A stretch of DNA of 27,584 bases, from positions 1-27,584 of the IMG/VR virus record IMGVR_UViG_3300011442_000025. One strand, given 5' to 3'. This DNA comes from a virus (taxonomy: Duplodnaviria; Caudoviricetes). The position numbers and the translations under genes were made by a program. Below are positions 24,192 to 27,584 of this stretch, piece after piece. The notes under the pieces were generated by a model that saw nothing but the letters and a program-made list of their open reading frames with translations, did not search any database and was not told the DNA's origin. The stretch's first letter is position 1. Each line of letters opens with the position of its first letter.

Positions 24192-25643
24192 ATGGCGCAA
24201 CCATCGTTTAACCTCCGCGAGCAGGACTTAAAGCAGGACGCGACAGAGCTTCCTCGACGCTTCCCCCTTGTCGTCGGGCCGCAGAATCGCTCGGACTCGA
24301 CCGCGAAGGATGCAAAGCTGGTTAACTGTTATGTCGAGAAGGATGCGAAGACCGGGGAGTATATGCTGTATGGAAGGCCAGGGCTTTCTGTTAATGCAAC
24401 ATATACAGTGAGTGCTGCAGCAGGGCGAGGAGTGTTTAACTGGAAGGGTGATATATACTCCATCACAGGCAGCACGATGTATAAGAATGGGGCGAGCTTT
24501 CAAACCGGGCTCAATACGGCAGGTGGGAATTATAAGTTCGACGGCTTCCTTGTTCCCTCTCGCCTTCTGTTTAAGAACACTGCGGTCCTCTACTCGACGG
24601 ATGGGACGACAGTTACGACGGTGAGTGATCCCGACTATCCAGCGACGACTGTACCAGGGCTTGGCTTCCTCGACGCGACAGAGTACGTTGGTGTGGCAAC
24701 CGACTCTACGATACATGGAAGTGACTTGAATGCCCCCACTTCCTGGGACCCTTTAAATGTCCTTACTGCTCAAATCGAGGCAGACCGACTTGTCGCAATT
24801 GATAAGCAACTTGTCCAAATCATTGCGCTGAAGGAGTGGAGTACGGAAGTATTCTACGACTCGGGGCAGACTACAGGCTCCCCTCTTGGTCGGGTGCAAG
24901 GGGCGAAGGTAAACTGGGGCTGCATCTCTGCCGCGACGGTGCAGGAGGTGAATGGAGCCCTGATGTGGGTGGCCACCTATAGGAAGGGAAATCAGAGCAC
25001 AGCGATTGGTAAGGTCGTTATGATGGATGGATTGAAGGCGAAGGTTATCTCTTGGCCTCCCATCGAGCGGATTCTCGAGACGGCGGATTACTCGGATGTG
25101 CGTTCCTTTGTCCTTGCGCTGAATGGGCATACCTTCTATTTCCTTACCTTCCCCACTACAAATATCACTCTTGTGTATGACTCCGAAGAGGACTGGTGGT
25201 GGCAGGCGACTGATACGGATGGGAATTACTGGCCCTTTGTATCCGCTACCTCTACCTCTACACAGGGGCACTTGCTGCAACATATAAGCAACGGGAAGAT
25301 TTACAACTGCCTTCCCTCCTATGTTAACGATGATGGGAGCCTCTTCTCCTGCGACATCGTTACTCCGAATTTCGATGGTGGGGTAAAGTGGAATAAATAT
25401 CTCCCTCACTTAGAGTTCATTGCGGATCAGACGCCAGGGAGTATCCTTCAAGTCCGCTCGAATGATTGGGATTATGATCCAAAGAGATGGACAAACTGGA
25501 GGAAGGTAGACCTTGGGAAGAAGAGACCGTATCTGGATGATTGTGGAACGTTTGTGCGTCGCGCTTATCATCTTCGGCATCGCTGCAATGCTCGCTTCCG
25601 TATGTTTGCTATGGAAATGCGCCTTTTGCTAGGGACGCGATAG
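24192..25643 (+). CDS. tail nozzle / packaged-DNA stabilisation protein (P22 gp10-like, ~483 aa)
   Basis: LVNCYVE, RPGL, STEVFY, GCISA, GHTFYFLTFP...TLVYD...WW motifs and beta-propeller-like composition. Confidence 0.85.
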   Translation: MAQPSFNLREQDLKQDATELPRRFPLVVGPQNRSDSTAKDAKLVNCYVEKDAKTGEYMLYGRPGLSVNATYTVSAAAGRGVFNWKGDIYSITGSTMYKNGASFQTGLNTAGGNYKFDGFLVPSRLLFKNTAVLYSTDGTTVTTVSDPDYPATTVPGLGFLDATEYVGVATDSTIHGSDLNAPTSWDPLNVLTAQIEADRLVAIDKQLVQIIALKEWSTEVFYDSGQTTGSPLGRVQGAKVNWGCISAATVQEVNGALMWVATYRKGNQSTAIGKVVMMDGLKAKVISWPPIERILETADYSDVRSFVLALNGHTFYFLTFPTTNITLVYDSEEDWWWQATDTDGNYWPFVSATSTSTQGHLLQHISNGKIYNCLPSYVNDDGSLFSCDIVTPNFDGGVKWNKYLPHLEFIADQTPGSILQVRSNDWDYDPKRWTNWRKVDLGKKRPYLDDCGTFVRRAYHLRHRCNARFRMFAMEMRLLLGTR

Positions 25644-26623
25644 TGGCCGAGTTCCAGCCAGCCCCGACTTGGGCAGACGTCATCCTGGTTGACCCAATCA
25701 ATCAGAGGGGAGTGTTTAACCCCATCTGGCTGAACTGGTTTATCGACCTGGTCGCCTTGATTAACTCCTCGGGTGGAGGCGGCGGGACGATCCAGCATAA
25801 TGACTTGGGGAGCATTCAAGGGGGAAGTGCGACCGAACGGTATCATTTACTGGCTGCGAATCAGGCTGTCTTGGATGGAGATCCCGGGGCGGATAGGATA
25901 ATCTTCTTCGACGACTCGGCGGGGAACCTTGCGTGGCTCACCGCGGGAAGTGGATTAAGCATAACCGGGACGACTCTCAGCTCGACAGGAAGCGGCGGAA
26001 CCGTTACTTCTGTTGCCCTGACCGTCCCGGTTTTCCTTTCTGTAGCAGGGAGCCCGATCACGACGAGTGGGACGCTTGCTGTCACCCTTGCCACGCAGTC
26101 GGCTAACCTGGTATTCTCCGGACCGACGAGTGGGGGTGCTTCGGCTCCGACGTTCCGTTCACTAGTTAATGCCGACGTCCCTACGACGCTTCAGTTGGGG
26201 AATGGCACAGCTGGTGCCCCGACGTATTCCTTCCTCAGCGATACCAACATCGGAGTGTATCGTGTTGGTGCGGATGTCCTTGGCTTTGCCACTGGCGGCG
26301 TTTTGGCGCTAAGTATTTCCGCTACCCAGCATACAACCTACCAAGGTACCTCTCCAACAATCACGGCTGGAGGAGGAACTAGCCCCTCTATTGTTGGGAA
26401 GGATCAGGCCTTCACTGTTACAATCGGGACGGGAGGGGTGGCAACCTCCTTCACTGTGACCTTTGCAAACGCCTTTACCAACGCCCCTCCAAGCGTTGCG
26501 TGCAGCGATACAGATATTGTTGCCTTGAAGGTAGTGAGCACTACAACAACCGTTGCGGTTACTGCAACCGCGGCCTTCACGGCGGGTAGTAAAGTTCATG
26601 TCCTCTGCGGAGGATGGGAGTAG
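25643..26623 (+). CDS. tail fibre/needle-like protein (326 aa)
   Basis: GTG overlaps the upstream TAG. N-terminal FNPIWLNWF, then fibre motifs GTVTSVAL...SPITTSGTL, PTFRSLV and APTYSF.SDTN.G.Y. Confidence 0.75.
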   Translation: MAEFQPAPTWADVILVDPINQRGVFNPIWLNWFIDLVALINSSGGGGGTIQHNDLGSIQGGSATERYHLLAANQAVLDGDPGADRIIFFDDSAGNLAWLTAGSGLSITGTTLSSTGSGGTVTSVALTVPVFLSVAGSPITTSGTLAVTLATQSANLVFSGPTSGGASAPTFRSLVNADVPTTLQLGNGTAGAPTYSFLSDTNIGVYRVGADVLGFATGGVLALSISATQHTTYQGTSPTITAGGGTSPSIVGKDQAFTVTIGTGGVATSFTVTFANAFTNAPPSVACSDTDIVALKVVSTTTTVAVTATAAFTAGSKVHVLCGGWE

Positions 26624-26626
26624 AAT

Positions 26627-27584
26627 ATGGCAGGCGAAGACGACCAGTGGCAGTGGCAGTCTCCAGACGAGTTTAAGTTCCAGGTTCCTGGAGATCGCGC
26701 TTTCTACGACTCTCGGAATGACTGGCAGGGGCCAGATGGGAGGATGTGGGGGCGGGTAGCTGGCATCAATGAGCCAGAATTCTTGACTGGTAATGATGGA
26801 GATGGAGATTATCAGTACGCCAATTCCAACTTTGGGATGACGCCGGAGTCCTACAGCAAGGACATATTCAGCCGTTATGGTATTAATGTACCAACAGCAG
26901 TACATAACGACTCTATCTTTGCTCCGCATGACTTACTGGTGCAGGTAGCACAGAAGATAAACAGTGGAAATGGCTGGTTGCAGAATTTCCTCGATGGCCC
27001 TGGCCCAGTTGGTATCCTCGCTTCTCTCTTCACAGGAGGGGCGGTCGGGTTAAATTCGCTCTTCAGTGGGGGAGCAGACGCACTTGGTAGTATTGCTTCT
27101 GGAGCTACTGGTGCATTCGACATGGGTGGGCTGACTGGGACAGGTATCCCGGAGGCTTGGGGAATCACAGGTGGAAGTGGTGTTGGCGCAGCTACAGGAG
27201 GCAGTATGGACGTTTGGGACTTGATGGGCGATCCTTCGGCGTATGGGCTTGGGGAGGCGGCTTCGGAAGTTGCCCCCGCCGCGAGTGCGGCTGCAGATAA
27301 TTGGGATCTAATGGGTGATCCCTCCGCATATGGACTAGGCTCGGGGACTGATGCAGGAGGAGGGATTATCAACCTCCTGAAGAAGATCCCAGGTGGAGCG
27401 CAGAACCTCCTGAAGATGTTGACAGGAGGGGGTGCGGCTGGTGGTGGGCGGCCTCAAGACATTATGAAGCTCCTCGGCCTTGGAGGGAATAGTGCAGGGA
27501 GTAACCTCCTCTCCGTCCTCGCCGGCCTGTATGGGAGGAATCAGGCGAAGGACATCGGAGCATTTGCCGGTCCGGCGAAGGATG
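26627..27584 (+). CDS. Gly-rich internal virion / DNA-ejection protein (truncated at the right edge; not in the ORF track)
   Basis: GGAG RBS, and the frame is open from ATG 26627 to the end (MAGEDDQWQWQSPDEF...). Gly/Ala-rich amphipathic segments, located after the tail genes as in podoviruses. Confidence 0.75.
   Translation, partial: MAGEDDQWQWQSPDEFKFQVPGDRAFYDSRNDWQGPDGRMWGRVAGINEPEFLTGNDGDGDYQYANSNFGMTPESYSKDIFSRYGINVPTAVHNDSIFAPHDLLVQVAQKINSGNGWLQNFLDGPGPVGILASLFTGGAVGLNSLFSGGADALGSIASGATGAFDMGGLTGTGIPEAWGITGGSGVGAATGGSMDVWDLMGDPSAYGLGEAASEVAPAASAAADNWDLMGDPSAYGLGSGTDAGGGIINLLKKIPGGAQNLLKMLTGGGAAGGGRPQDIMKLLGLGGNSAGSNLLSVLAGLYGRNQAKDIGAFAGPAKD

Noticed and set aside
26615-26630. TAG readthrough or recoding fusing the tail fibre to the ejection protein (GAG TAG AAT ATG is in frame)
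   Set aside because: The downstream gene has its own GGAG RBS. Other TAG stops are out of frame with the next gene, and core genes are intact under the standard code.
8437-27372. Long minus-strand ORFs across the virion module (for example 9554-10273, 10877-11848, 24753-25409, 26309-26929)
   Set aside because: They are shadows of recognisable plus-strand genes, as expected at this GC content.

Overview
This window is part of a tailed dsDNA bacteriophage genome (Caudoviricetes, podovirus-like architecture) with two divergent arms. The minus-strand arm (1-5879) holds small early/regulatory genes and ends, at the left edge, in a Cas4/AddB-type Fe-S nuclease. The plus-strand arm (6564-end) is the virion module: putative TerS, TerL, portal, a GroES-like co-chaperonin, scaffold, capsid decoration protein, major capsid protein, a ~7.8 kb block of fibre/decoration-like genes containing a sulfotransferase, head-tail adaptor, P22-gp10-like nozzle, tail fibre and a truncated ejection-type protein. 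The most interesting signals are non-coding or sub-domain. (i) A sigma54 (-24/-12) promoter with two exact IHF-consensus sites drives a monocistronic gene that is a paralogue of another early gene. (ii) Two sigma70 promoters have leaderless geometry, one with an H-type pseudoknot over the start codon. (iii) A ~200 bp imperfect palindrome with an AT-rich core looks origin-like. (iv) A short (L/M)D(E/D)L motif recurs at the termini of several proteins. (v) Two adjacent fibre-block proteins share a 27-aa C-terminal hexapeptide tag. No CRISPR array, tRNA, integrase or clear lysis cassette was seen. All family assignments come from motif recognition and gene order, not database searches.
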